A stretch of 64,000 bases of DNA from Candidatus Bathyarchaeota archaeon. GTDB taxonomy: Archaea; Thermoproteota; Bathyarchaeia; TCS64. The notes beneath the pieces are model-generated. The model saw only the letters and a list, made by a program, of their open reading frames with translations, was not told the origin of the DNA and did no database searches. Positions within the stretch are counted from its first letter, which is position 1, and each line of letters begins with the position of its first letter. Both the position numbers and the translations under genes were made by a program. Positions 19,174 through 28,708 of the stretch are shown here, piece by piece. Location of the stretch: the NCBI GenBank assembly GCA_043826455.1, contig JBDRQD010000030.1, positions 32,001 through 96,000 of the forward strand. The letters are read 5' to 3'.

Positions 19174-21660
19174 ATGAATAGTAAAAAAGCGATTACTCTA
19201 CTAGTATTAGCAACACTCATAATGTCATTTGTACCTCTGGTACCTGTCAGAGCCATCACTATGAACGCTTACACCGGTAAGAAAGGTGGCGCTCTCCCCG
19301 AGCTTAGGAAGGGAAGCGTCATCGAGGTCACCGGTGGCGGCGTGACTGCTGGTGCAACGATCAACCTCTACTGGGACAACGCCTTTAAGGAAACATTCAG
19401 TAGCGGCTCCGGTAAACTGAACTCGACAACAGCCAAGAATACAGGCGCCTACACAGTTAGGTTCAAGATACCTGAGGCTGTTGCAGGAGCCCACTACATC
19501 TGGGTGAAAGACACAGCCACCGGCGATACTCTAGGTGGTATCACTGTAGCTCAGTCAGCTCTAACACCTGTGCCTTACCTGAAGCTATCCCCAACCACAG
19601 GACTGGCCGGCGACACCATCACATTAACAGGCTACCACTTCGGCGACGAGGTTGACATCACACCCATCTCAGACAACTTCGTAGACTCTTACCCCTCCCC
19701 ACTGGAAGCGACAGAGACTCCAGCAACACCCGAAACAACGGATCTGGGTACATTCACGTGTACCTTCAAAGTACCAGCAACTACTGCCTACGGCTCCTAC
19801 ACAATCACGGCCACCGACACTACAAACACTGACACAGTACCCTTCACGGTTGGCGCCGCCATCTCACTCAACATTGAGGAGGGCCCAGTCGGCAAGGTAG
19901 TGCAGGTGTCAGGAAGAGGCTTCACTTCAGGACGTAACATTGAAAAAGCCGGAGTGACGATCAGCGCTACTCAATGCTATGTCATCAACGATCCCGTTGT
20001 TGTAAAAGCAGACGGAACCTTCAAGGCATCCATAGTGATCCCCCAGGTAGCATCCACAAACGACTACACGATCACTGTTACAGAGTCCGGTGCGTCACCG
20101 AAATCTGGTACAGCCGACTTTGAGGTAGTTGGATTAGCCGAGATTAAGGCTACTCCCGCCTACGGTCCTCAGGGATCGCAGATAACGGTTGAGGGCTGGA
20201 ACTTTACACAGATCTCCAACACCAACGTGGTCGTCACACTCGCCACTGTAGGCTCTAAGACCTTCAAGACTGACTCCAAGGGCTACTTCAAGGGCATATA
20301 CACTGTTCCCGCTGTAGCGGCTGGTGTTCAGACACTCATGGCAGAGCAGGCTTCCTACAACATTGACGCAGACGCGAACTTCAGGGCTGGCTTGATGATA
20401 GTTATCCTATCACCCAACTCAGGCCCGGCAGGCACCAAAGTCACTCTAACAGGCACAGGCTTCACTACAGGCGGCACGACGCAGTGGAACGCAACCTTCG
20501 GCAACAATGATTGGGTAGATGAGACAATCCTGAACACAGATGGCACCCTATCCAAGGAGGTCTACGTCCCGACAATCACGCCAGGGGCATACACGGTCAC
20601 CGTACTGGACATTGATGCCGAGATCGAGGTCACAGCAAGCTTCACCGTCACAAAGACGACGAACGTCACCCCTGACCCCCTCGTAGCTCCAAACGGCTAC
20701 AAGGTAAAGTTCAAGGGCACGTTCTTCGCCGCAGACGATGACGACACAGAGGATGTGACACTTGACTGGGTGCTTTGGAACGCCACAAGCAACTGGGACA
20801 TGGACGTGTACAACAACACCTTGCTGACCATCGACTCCTTAGTCTGGGACACGGGTAACTTCACAGCCTACTGGGAAGTGCCCGATGACGACACCCTCGA
20901 CCTAGGCGTCTACTGGGTCAACGTGACCGACAGCGAGGACCTGTTCTACCAGTTCCAGTTCGAGGTCGTGTCAAAGACCACAGCCATCACGCCGAGGAAG
21001 GCCACCTTCAGGATCAGTGAGACAGTCGCCTTCAACGTACAGAGCAGCTTCTCCCAGGTGAACTCATACATCAAGGTATGGGACCCTGCAAGCAACCTGT
21101 ACTGGAAGACAGACCTGTTCGTCACCGGTAACTGGATCAAGGTAGGCACCCTACAGGTGTATCCCTTCTACGAGCAGACCGCCGGCGGAAACCCGATGGT
21201 CCTCCTGGAGGACGCACCCCTGGGCACCTACACCTGGAAGTGGTACGACGAAGATGACGAGGTAGTCAGCTCAGGCACCCTCATGGTCGCAGCCGCGACC
21301 GAGTCGGTGCTTGGCGCACAGATCGAGGACCTGAACAAGGCAGTCACTGACCTGCAGACCGACATATCCACGGTCAGCACAGAGATGGCCGGAGTCAGGA
21401 CCCAGATCACCAACGCCATCAACGCAGCCAACGCAGCAGTCCAGGCAGCCAACGCGGCCACACAGGCCGTCAACGCAGTCGCCCAGACCGCCAGCGCAGC
21501 GTCCACAGCAGCCACCAACGCAGCTAACGCTGCCACGGAGGCCAAGAACGCCGCCAACGGCCTGACGACACTGGTCTACGGCGCCATCGGCGCATCACTA
21601 GTAGCAGCACTCGCAGCAATCGTAAGCCTAATGCAGATAAGCAGAAGGATCGCGGGCTAA
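19174..21660 (+). CDS. Large cell-surface/S-layer-type protein (signal peptide, Ig-like repeats, Ala-rich coiled stalk, C-terminal TM anchor)
   Basis: Signal peptide; repeated P-x-x-G-x-x-G-x-x-(I/V)-x-(L/V)-x-G-x-x-F units; Thr-rich; AANAA heptad region; hydrophobic C-terminus. Confidence 0.8.
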   Translation: MNSKKAITLLVLATLIMSFVPLVPVRAITMNAYTGKKGGALPELRKGSVIEVTGGGVTAGATINLYWDNAFKETFSSGSGKLNSTTAKNTGAYTVRFKIPEAVAGAHYIWVKDTATGDTLGGITVAQSALTPVPYLKLSPTTGLAGDTITLTGYHFGDEVDITPISDNFVDSYPSPLEATETPATPETTDLGTFTCTFKVPATTAYGSYTITATDTTNTDTVPFTVGAAISLNIEEGPVGKVVQVSGRGFTSGRNIEKAGVTISATQCYVINDPVVVKADGTFKASIVIPQVASTNDYTITVTESGASPKSGTADFEVVGLAEIKATPAYGPQGSQITVEGWNFTQISNTNVVVTLATVGSKTFKTDSKGYFKGIYTVPAVAAGVQTLMAEQASYNIDADANFRAGLMIVILSPNSGPAGTKVTLTGTGFTTGGTTQWNATFGNNDWVDETILNTDGTLSKEVYVPTITPGAYTVTVLDIDAEIEVTASFTVTKTTNVTPDPLVAPNGYKVKFKGTFFAADDDDTEDVTLDWVLWNATSNWDMDVYNNTLLTIDSLVWDTGNFTAYWEVPDDDTLDLGVYWVNVTDSEDLFYQFQFEVVSKTTAITPRKATFRISETVAFNVQSSFSQVNSYIKVWDPASNLYWKTDLFVTGNWIKVGTLQVYPFYEQTAGGNPMVLLEDAPLGTYTWKWYDEDDEVVSSGTLMVAAATESVLGAQIEDLNKAVTDLQTDISTVSTEMAGVRTQITNAINAANAAVQAANAATQAVNAVAQTASAASTAATNAANAATEAKNAANGLTTLVYGAIGASLVAALAAIVSLMQISRRIAG

Positions 21661-21695
21661 ACCCGCAACCCCCTTTTCTTTAATTTCTTTTAATC
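21661..21695 (+). terminator. Oligo-T archaeal terminator
   Basis: CCCCTTTTCTTTAATTTCTTTT right after the stop codon. Confidence 0.55.
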
Positions 21696-21781
21696 CCCGA
21701 AACCAGTGGACACTAGGATCGGTCAATTCCCTCAATTACCCAAACATTGTAGAGAACAAACAAAAGTCTACTCTAAGATGT

Positions 21782-22039
21782 CTACCTGTAAACTGTTCTC
21801 CTGTGCTGTACATCCAGGAGCGTCACAGAGAGTCCCACATCATCAACAATGTAAATAACGCGATAATCACCCACCCTGAGGCTCCACCTGCCAGACAGAG
21901 GCCCCTTCAGGGGCTTACCTAAGTGTGGATCTTCTTCAAGATTAGTAACCGCCTCATCGATCCTTACACGCTGAATCTTGTTCAATAATCTAAGGTTCTT
22001 CTCGAAGGTCCGGGTAACCTTGAGGCTATACCTCGTCAC
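21782..22039 (-). CDS. relE: RelE/ParE-family toxin
   Basis: GKPLKGPLSGRWSLRVGDYRVIY...HRRTVYR. Confidence 0.88.
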   Translation of the reverse strand: MTRYSLKVTRTFEKNLRLLNKIQRVRIDEAVTNLEEDPHLGKPLKGPLSGRWSLRVGDYRVIYIVDDVGLSVTLLDVQHRRTVYR

Positions 22040-22253
22040 CCCGTCTCAACTCCTCTATGAGGTCCCTGTAATCCCGTACCCTCCCCGCCTTAACATCCTC
22101 CTCTGCCTCACGGAGGCTCGCCAAAGCCTCCTCATCCTCCAGGATCTCCAGGGTTTCTGTGATACCCTCAAGAAGCCCTCCGACGCGTAAGAGAAGTGCC
22201 CTATCCTCATCCGTGAGTAGAAGATCGCCTTCAGCCATGTACGCACCAACCAT
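22026..22253 (-). CDS. RelB-type antitoxin
   Basis: ETLEILEDEEALASLREAEEDVKAGRV; overlaps relE start. Confidence 0.8.
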   Translation of the reverse strand: MVGAYMAEGDLLLTDEDRALLLRVGGLLEGITETLEILEDEEALASLREAEEDVKAGRVRDYRDLIEELRRGDEV

Positions 22254-22325
22254 ACAGGAGAGTGCTTCCTATATGAACCTAACTTCAAGAAAATGAAATA
22301 TTATTATCGTGATGGATGAACATTT

Positions 22326-22459
22326 ACGCAGCCAACGGCCTGACCACACTGATCTACGGCGCCATCGGCGCATCGCTAGTAGCCGCACTCGCAGCAATCG
22401 TAAGCCTGATGCAGATAAGCAGAAGGATCGCGGGCTAAACCCGCAACCCCCATTTTCTT
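22326..22459 (+). repeat. Diverged direct repeat of the 3' end and terminator of the surface-protein gene (21548-21680)
   Basis: ~133 bp, 778 bp offset, about 6 substitutions in the coding part. Confidence 0.95.
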
Positions 22460-22774
22460 ATTTTTTATTATTCTAAGGAGTCCAAAGTAGTGATATCTAG
22501 GCTTAGCTCCACGCCCAGAAGAAGCTTAATCTTCCCCGTCTCTGCGAAGCGTACATTGAGCTACTAGACAGTATTGGCGATGGGGATTCAGGATCATTCA
22601 ATAATAACTTTCGTAGAAGATTTTTCTCGGCCCTATTTACGGCAGCTCTTAACCACACAGACACTGATGCTGCAACCAGCAATGTGGCGTGTCGTTTAGA
22701 CCCTGAAGAGGATGCAGCTCACATACTTTCAGCGAATACTAAAAAAAGGCGACTCAAAGTATATGATGTTGAAT

Positions 22775-22949
22775 ACTGGCGCTCTCCTAGCTGCCTGTCG
22801 TCGGCTGTGACCCGAAGGGCGTTCTACTGGTTAGAGTGGACTAAACACGCATCGTAGATCGTCGCGTTGAGGCATTTTGATGTGGCAGCTGCCTGTCTCA
22901 TGCCTTTGTCGTCTTCTGTATAGACTCTGTCTTTCTCTATGCGGTTTCT
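22775..22949 (-). pseudogene. PIN/VapC remnant
   Basis: Manual translation ...MRQAAATSKCLNATIYDACLVHSNQ*NALRVTADDRQ keeps the TxYDA and TAD motifs; in-frame stop; no 5' half. Confidence 0.6.
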
Positions 22950-22956
22950 ATTAGTT

Positions 22957-22970
22957 TATTGGTACCAATA
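22957..22970. repeat. Palindrome TATTGGTACCAATA, copy 1
   Basis: Exact match, intergenic. Confidence 0.97.
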
Positions 22971-23214
22971 GTGTTAATCGGAGCCCTATTTTCCTAAGAA
23001 ACGGGGAAACTATGGTTGAATTGGTTCCCAACCGTAGAGGGATCTTGACTCATCACCTCTTGTCAGCCCAGGTCCACAGGCCACACATGGAATACCTACA
23101 CGTTTTTCCCGTTAAACCCCGGAAGGCGCTCCATGCCTGTGCTCCTTGAACCTCCCCGGAGCACCCTCCTTCTCGTCAAGCAGCCGGAGAGTTGAGCCCA
23201 CGGCAGAGGATGCA

Positions 23215-23622
23215 GAGGGTGCCCCTGAGGGGGTCACGGAGGGTGCCTCTAAGGGTACAAGGGTACCTCGGAGGGGGCTTAGGAGGGGGCTCCTATACCC
23301 CCTCCCCTTTGGCTAAGGAGGCCGGTTACACAATGGAGGAGCTACCCCCCTGGGTAGGCTCTAGCCTCGTAAGGGCCAGGCAAGGCACCCCCACAGGAGC
23401 CACAGGCCGAAGAGAGGCCCCTGCCCAAGCCCATGCTAGGCCCAGAGGAGGCCGCCAGGAGGCTGGCTAAGAGGCTACAGGCCAGGCGTCAAGCCGAGCC
23501 AGAGGCTAACACTATGCTCCTAGGGGGGGTGGTTCAGCAGACGCTGAGGGGGGCCTGGCCTCTGGCCTAGGTAGGGGCCTAGATGGGGGCTCTGATACCC
23601 CCTCCCCTTAGGCTATGAGGAG
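23215..23622. repeat. G/C-run-rich degenerate repeat tract
   Basis: ~12-bp GAGGG(G/T) units from 23215; ~36-bp direct repeat at 23285 and 23585. Confidence 0.7.
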
Positions 23623-23922
23623 GCTCTCCAGCTGCTCAACCAGAAAGAGAGCGGCTCTATTGTCGAGTGTCAGGGGGCAAGTACCGGGTTACCAGCGTCA
23701 ACGGGGAAATCAAGCTCACCCCAATAACCCAGACAGAGGTGCTGGCCGGCCTTTCCCTGGCGGCGGCGGTAAGTAAGGCCATGGTTAACAACGTCGAGGT
23801 GAGCATGCTGGTCGTCGCAAGAAGGTGACCCACCCTTCAGGGATCGCTGAATTGCCCTGATCCGGAGAGCCATTCTGGAAAAGTTAGAAAAGTATATAAT
23901 CCTGGAAAACCCAACAACACAT

Positions 23923-24183
23923 ATGAGCGTCAGCATCAAGGATCTCGACGAGAACGCCTACAGGAACCTCAAAGCCGAAGCCATCCGCCACGGCATGAGG
24001 GTAAGCGAGGCCGCAACCGAAGCCTTCAGACTCTGGGTCGCCTCCAAGAGACAGACGCGCCAAAGAGACCAGGAACGCATGCGGAACGCGGCAGAAGACA
24101 TGGACACGCTGAGAAGCCAAGGCAAGGTTATATGGTCCGGGGCTGAGGAGATAAGGAGATGGCGGGACGAACGGAAGCGGTAG
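23923..24183 (+). CDS. RHH-like antitoxin
   Basis: SIKDLDENAYRNLKAEA...WSGAEEIRRWRD; overlaps PIN gene. Confidence 0.8.
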   Translation: MSVSIKDLDENAYRNLKAEAIRHGMRVSEAATEAFRLWVASKRQTRQRDQERMRNAAEDMDTLRSQGKVIWSGAEEIRRWRDERKR

Positions 24184-24575
24184 TCGACGCCTCCACAGCC
24201 ATTAAATGGCTATCCGAGGAAGAGGGAACCCCCGCCGCCCTCAAACTGAGAGAAGAACACATAGAGGGAACCACAGTCCTGTCCGCCCCCGATCTACTCC
24301 TCTACGAGCTGGCCAACGCCCTCCGATACAGACCAGACTATGACGACGAGAAAGTGACGCAAGCCCTAATCAACGTCATCGACCTCCAGATCGACCTGAT
24401 AACCCCCGGAAGGGAACTCCTCCAACAATCCACCAAAGACGCATACATCTACGATACGACAGTCTACGACTCATGTTACCTCGCCCTCGGTGAACTCATG
24501 GGGGTCGAAGTTTACACGTCTGACAGAAAGTTTTACGAGAAGGCGAAGGGATCAGACATTCTAAGGCTCATTTAA
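24159..24575 (+). CDS. vapC: VapC toxin
   Basis: VVDASTAIKW, YELANAL, TVYDSCYLAL, TSDRK. Confidence 0.9.
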   Translation: MAGRTEAVVDASTAIKWLSEEEGTPAALKLREEHIEGTTVLSAPDLLLYELANALRYRPDYDDEKVTQALINVIDLQIDLITPGRELLQQSTKDAYIYDTTVYDSCYLALGELMGVEVYTSDRKFYEKAKGSDILRLI

Positions 24576-24651
24576 CTCCAAAGCTGCGCGCGCCATGTGT
24601 GTGCATCGATTACAGCCCTGCGCACTTTGAAAGGTGATGCGTACACGCCTC

Positions 24652-25083
24652 CTACCCTAACACTTTAAGAAACTCATCGGGAGTGAGCGAGGCGATGAAG
24701 GCGGAGGCTTTAGTGAACTGCTTGTCCTCAGTGATGACATGGCTGGCCCCTGAGATCACGCCGGAAGCAGCGATGATGGCGTCAGGGAGCCTCATCCCGG
24801 TTTTCGCCCTTATCTTGCCGGCGAGCTCCGCCAACCCGGTATCGACGTCCACGATCGCGTACTCGCCTGTGGAGCGGAAGTGCAGGACGAAGTCCTTGAG
24901 CCCGGTCTCATCACCCGATGTGTGGTAGCCGACAGCGACCTCGGCGATGGTCACAGTTGAGATCGCGGCCCTGGCTTTCCCCGACTCAACCTGGTCAAGG
25001 ATCTCAACCACGCCTTCATACCCAGGCTCCCGGTTGTACACCTTGAGTAGGACGTTCGTGTCGAGAACTACTCTCGGTCCCAC
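24652..25083 (-). CDS. vapC: VapC toxin
   Basis: VLDTNV, TIAEV, LPDAIIAAS, TEDKQF. Confidence 0.9.
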   Translation of the reverse strand: MGPRVVLDTNVLLKVYNREPGYEGVVEILDQVESGKARAAISTVTIAEVAVGYHTSGDETGLKDFVLHFRSTGEYAIVDVDTGLAELAGKIRAKTGMRLPDAIIAASGVISGASHVITEDKQFTKASAFIASLTPDEFLKVLG

Positions 25084-25313
25084 TCCCTACGTAGCCTCCT
25101 CTGGAATGCTAGACTCGGCTCGCCGAGGGGCTTCGCCCTCATTAATATGTCGCTGAGCTTATCCTTTGGAACTTTCCTCAGCGTCACCGTGTCTCCGTCA
25201 GCCTGGAATATTACTTTGTCCCCTTCAGATACACCTAGAGCCACCCGGATGTCCTTCGGTATCGTGACTTGACCCTTGGATGTGACTGAGCTTACTCCTA
25301 CCTCCAACACCAT
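25068..25313 (-). CDS. AbrB/MazE-family antitoxin
   Basis: VTSKGQVTIPKDIRVALGVSEGD. Confidence 0.9.
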   Translation of the reverse strand: MVLEVGVSSVTSKGQVTIPKDIRVALGVSEGDKVIFQADGDTVTLRKVPKDKLSDILMRAKPLGEPSLAFQRRLRREWDRE

Positions 25314-25480
25314 CCCCCGAATAGACGGTCTACATACTTACTTATATGCATTACATTTCTTACTCGAAAATAAGAAAAACTGTGTCTTTGCATGAAGATG
25401 ACCCAGCAAATCTGTGTTACAGGGTCATGAGCGTAGGCGTGAACTACCCACCTTGCGCCTATATGAAGGCGTATATATCC

Positions 25481-25546
25481 CTTACGATGCGGGTTCAATT
25501 CATCCCATGACTGAAGTCATGGACTTTCTTGAACCCGCATCGTAAG
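25481..25546. mobile_element. IS200/IS605-end-like hairpin nested in a perfect 18-bp inverted repeat (non-autonomous remnant)
   Basis: CTTACGATGCGGGTTCAA / TTGAACCCGCATCGTAAG flank TTCATCCCATGACTGAAGTCATGGACTTTC. Confidence 0.6.
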
Positions 25547-25590
25547 AGAAAGCTTTATACCATTACACCATAGAAACAATAATTGGTAAA

Positions 25591-25857
25591 ATGGCAGAAA
25601 TAGTCGAAGTTGATAAATCAGGCCGAATAGTGCTCCCGAAGAGGCTCCGCGACGAGCTAGGCATCCGCGAGAGAACACGGCTGATACTCATGAAGAGAAA
25701 CGGCAAAATAACAATGATGCCCCTCGATGTAGACGAGATAGCCCGAAGGCTAGAGAAAGAGCTAGAGGGGATGGAAGTTGAGGAGATCGCCGCATCCATC
25801 AGGAGGGAGATCAACGCCAAGATCGCGAAGGAGCACCCGGAGCTTTCTGCTGGATAA
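25591..25857 (+). CDS. AbrB-family antitoxin
   Basis: VDKSGRIVLPKRLRDELGI. Confidence 0.88.
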   Translation: MAEIVEVDKSGRIVLPKRLRDELGIRERTRLILMKRNGKITMMPLDVDEIARRLEKELEGMEVEEIAASIRREINAKIAKEHPELSAG

Positions 25858-26260
25858 CAACGTCTTCGTGGCAGCCATAGCCAAACCAAGCCGGACCACT
25901 GGAACACTTAGACTGATCCTCCACCTCATCGCAGACGACGACATACAGCTTATAGGCGACAGGTACCTCGCCGAGGAGATGATCCGCTACGCAGAGGTCT
26001 ACCCCTCAGAGACGGCGGCGTCGCTCCTGGAGGCCCTCGCCTCAAAATTAAAGCTCGTCGATGTAGAGGAAAAGTACCTAAAGATATGCAAGGAATACAT
26101 TGGGACAAATGATCTATCTGACGTGTACCACGCAGCTGCCTGCCTTCAGACCGGATCGGCCCTGATAAGCGATGATGGACACTTCAACCGGATACGGGAC
26201 GAGGGTATAATTAATGTCTGGAGCACCCATCAGGTAATAAAGGAGCTTCTGGGCGTCTAG
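25778..26260 (+). CDS. PIN-domain toxin (start uncertain)
   Basis: LLDNNVFVAA, DVYHAA, ISDDGHF. Confidence 0.82.
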   Translation: MRRSPHPSGGRSTPRSRRSTRSFLLDNNVFVAAIAKPSRTTGTLRLILHLIADDDIQLIGDRYLAEEMIRYAEVYPSETAASLLEALASKLKLVDVEEKYLKICKEYIGTNDLSDVYHAAACLQTGSALISDDGHFNRIRDEGIINVWSTHQVIKELLGV

Positions 26261-26343
26261 AGGAACCTATAATATGATGTTTAGATTCACCTAATTCACG
26301 GTCTCACCTCCGGAAGCCGAGGCACAGCAGCCCCAGAAAGAAG

Positions 26344-26576
26344 GAGGGGGTAACGCGGAGAAACCGGAAACGGCTGCCCCACGCCAAAAGGAGCCACGGA
26401 AACACGCCTTCACGATCCCATTCCATACAGAAACATGGCCCACCCAGCTCATCAGGTGCAGCGCAACGAAAGGGTCTGATGTGAAAAAAGTAGGGGGGTA
26501 TTATATAATGGCGAATTTTTTCATTATTATACGAGATACCAGCCCCCGACGAGGCCGATGACTCGGCACCAAGCCA
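26344..26576 (+). repeat. Dispersed non-coding element, copy R2
   Basis: Aligns with the reverse complement of 16005-16250 and with blocks in 44632-45046. Confidence 0.85.
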
Positions 26577-26691
26577 AAGATAATCAAGATTCTCTTAACT
26601 AAACTGTGGTAATGTGAATATGATAAAATACCATAGGATTCACTATATCCACATAGATTTAGAGCATTACCTGAGGCTACATGGAGGCTGC

Positions 26692-28257
26692 TTGGCGCTG
26701 GTTGAAGGTTTAAACGAGGCCGTCAGGGGGTCGGCGCGGGGCAGCCTCCTGCTCATGGTGGGGCAGGTGGCGTCGACGGTCGTCTCAGCCCTCACCGTTA
26801 TGGCTGTGGCGAGGCTCCTGGGACCTGAGAACTATGGGGTCGTCACCGTCGTCATGGTGCCCATCGGCCTCGCCCTCCTCATACAGGACCTGGGAGTGAA
26901 CACAGCCCTCACCCGGTTCACAGCCCTCCTGCGGAGAGAGGGGCGCCTAGGTGACATAAGGGTCCTTGTCCGGGTCGGCCTAACCTTCAAAGCAGCTGTC
27001 GCTGGGACGATAGCCCTGGGCTACTGGGCTGGGGCCGGGACCATCGCCTCCTTCTATCTCCAGAGGCCTGAGCTCGAGGGGCTCATCAGGGTAGTATCGC
27101 TAAGCGTGCTGGGGGAAGCCTTGATGACGGCTGTGCAGGCGGTCCTAGTGGGGCACGAGATGATGGGTTACAGGAGCTTCACCCAGGTGCTCTGGACGGT
27201 GCTGAGGGGATCCACATCCATCACGCTTGTCTGGATCGGGTTCGGCCCACTAGGACACCTAGTGGCCAACACCGCCGCACCCTTCGCCACGGCCGCGGTA
27301 GCCCTCATTGTCTTACTCTCAACCCTAAAGAAGGATGGCGGAGAGACACACCTGACCAGCCTGGAGGCGCTGAGGATCATCCTGGGGTTCAGCCTACCCC
27401 TATACGGCGCCACGCTCGTAGGGGGCGGCCTCACCCAGATCCAGAACCTTCTCATGACCCTGCATGTGCCCAACAGCGTGATCGGTAACTACTCCGCGGC
27501 CGTCAACTTCGGGGTCCTGATAAGTTTCTTCACCGTCCCCATCGCGACGGTGCTCTTCCCCCTATTCTCAAGGCTGCCCCGCGGTAGCCCTGAGCTGAGC
27601 ACCGTGTTCAGGAACTCGGTGAAGTACACCACCTTCATCACGTTGCCCGTAGCCCTCTGCCTGGTGGCGCTCTCGGAGGCAGTCATAGCCGTGGTGTACG
27701 GTGGTGGGTACCCGCTGGCCGCAGTCTTCATGAAGGTCTACCTCATCCTCTTCCTGTTCGAGGGGATCGGCGGGCTGAGCCTCGGGAACCTGGTGGTGGG
27801 CGTAGGGGAGGCAAAGGTGGCTTTGGCGGCGAACCTGTTGACGGTGCTGGTGGGCGCCCCCATGAGCCTCGTACTGATCCCCTTGTACGGGATCTGGGGC
27901 CTGCTCGCAACCCTGATAGTTGCACCGAGGGTCGGAGCCCTCTTCATGCTCTGGTGGGTGTGGAAAAGCCTAGGCTTCACGGTGGACTGGGGCGCATCTC
28001 TTCGTCTTTACGTGGCTGGACTGGCCGCGTTCCTCACAGCATCCCTCGCCCTCATATTCACCGGAATTAGTGGATGGGCTGCAATCCTGTTAGGCGGAGG
28101 ACTGTTCGCCGCGTCTTACCTAATTACGGTGCCGGCGCTGGGGGCTCTAAGAAAGAGCGACTTAGACGACTTATCCACAATAACCGACGTGAGTGGCCCC
28201 CTCAAGCTACCTCTCACATTGGTACTAACTATTATGGTGCGATTCGTTAAAGAATAA
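26692..28257 (+). CDS. Oligosaccharide flippase (Wzx/MOP family)
   Basis: ARLLGPENYG, DLGVNTALTRF, GNYSAA, about 14 hydrophobic segments; GGAGG before TTG 26692. Confidence 0.88.
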   Translation: MALVEGLNEAVRGSARGSLLLMVGQVASTVVSALTVMAVARLLGPENYGVVTVVMVPIGLALLIQDLGVNTALTRFTALLRREGRLGDIRVLVRVGLTFKAAVAGTIALGYWAGAGTIASFYLQRPELEGLIRVVSLSVLGEALMTAVQAVLVGHEMMGYRSFTQVLWTVLRGSTSITLVWIGFGPLGHLVANTAAPFATAAVALIVLLSTLKKDGGETHLTSLEALRIILGFSLPLYGATLVGGGLTQIQNLLMTLHVPNSVIGNYSAAVNFGVLISFFTVPIATVLFPLFSRLPRGSPELSTVFRNSVKYTTFITLPVALCLVALSEAVIAVVYGGGYPLAAVFMKVYLILFLFEGIGGLSLGNLVVGVGEAKVALAANLLTVLVGAPMSLVLIPLYGIWGLLATLIVAPRVGALFMLWWVWKSLGFTVDWGASLRLYVAGLAAFLTASLALIFTGISGWAAILLGGGLFAASYLITVPALGALRKSDLDDLSTITDVSGPLKLPLTLVLTIMVRFVKE

Positions 28258-28268
28258 CTAGAAACCAC

Positions 28269-28282
28269 TATTGGTACCAATA
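28269..28282. repeat. Palindrome TATTGGTACCAATA, copy 2
   Basis: Exact match, 11 bp after the flippase stop; flanks AAACCA...TGGTTT extend the dyad. Confidence 0.97.
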
Positions 28283-28399
28283 TGGTTTATTTGATGTTGC
28301 TGCACACGTGAAAATTACGAATTGTTCCCTATGAATGAGCGTGCACGCATGACGCAACTTTTTTAACCATTATGTAATGCTATATGCTTTGCCACGAGG

Positions 28400-28591
28400 G
28401 TGTGTGAGATGGCTAAAATAGTGTTTGAAGTGCCGAACGTCTGCGACAGGTGCGGCTTTCACAACTTCAACATAGTTGGATCGATCTACAATGGAGGCTT
28501 CAACTATACTCACCTAGCCGTGCAGTGTATGAGGTGCGGCCACAAACAGGTCGAGATACGCCTCAGACACAGTATTATGGAGACCCTGTAA
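28400..28591 (+). CDS. Small zinc-ribbon protein
   Basis: CDRCG...CMRCG. Confidence 0.6.
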   Translation: MCEMAKIVFEVPNVCDRCGFHNFNIVGSIYNGGFNYTHLAVQCMRCGHKQVEIRLRHSIMETL

Positions 28592-28708
28592 AACCCGCCA
28601 TAAAACAATACATGAAAACCAGAGATGAATAAACACATATTAGATATTCCGTCCACAATGCATTGTACAACCCAATAAAACACAAACCTCATAAACAATA
28701 GTTTCCAT

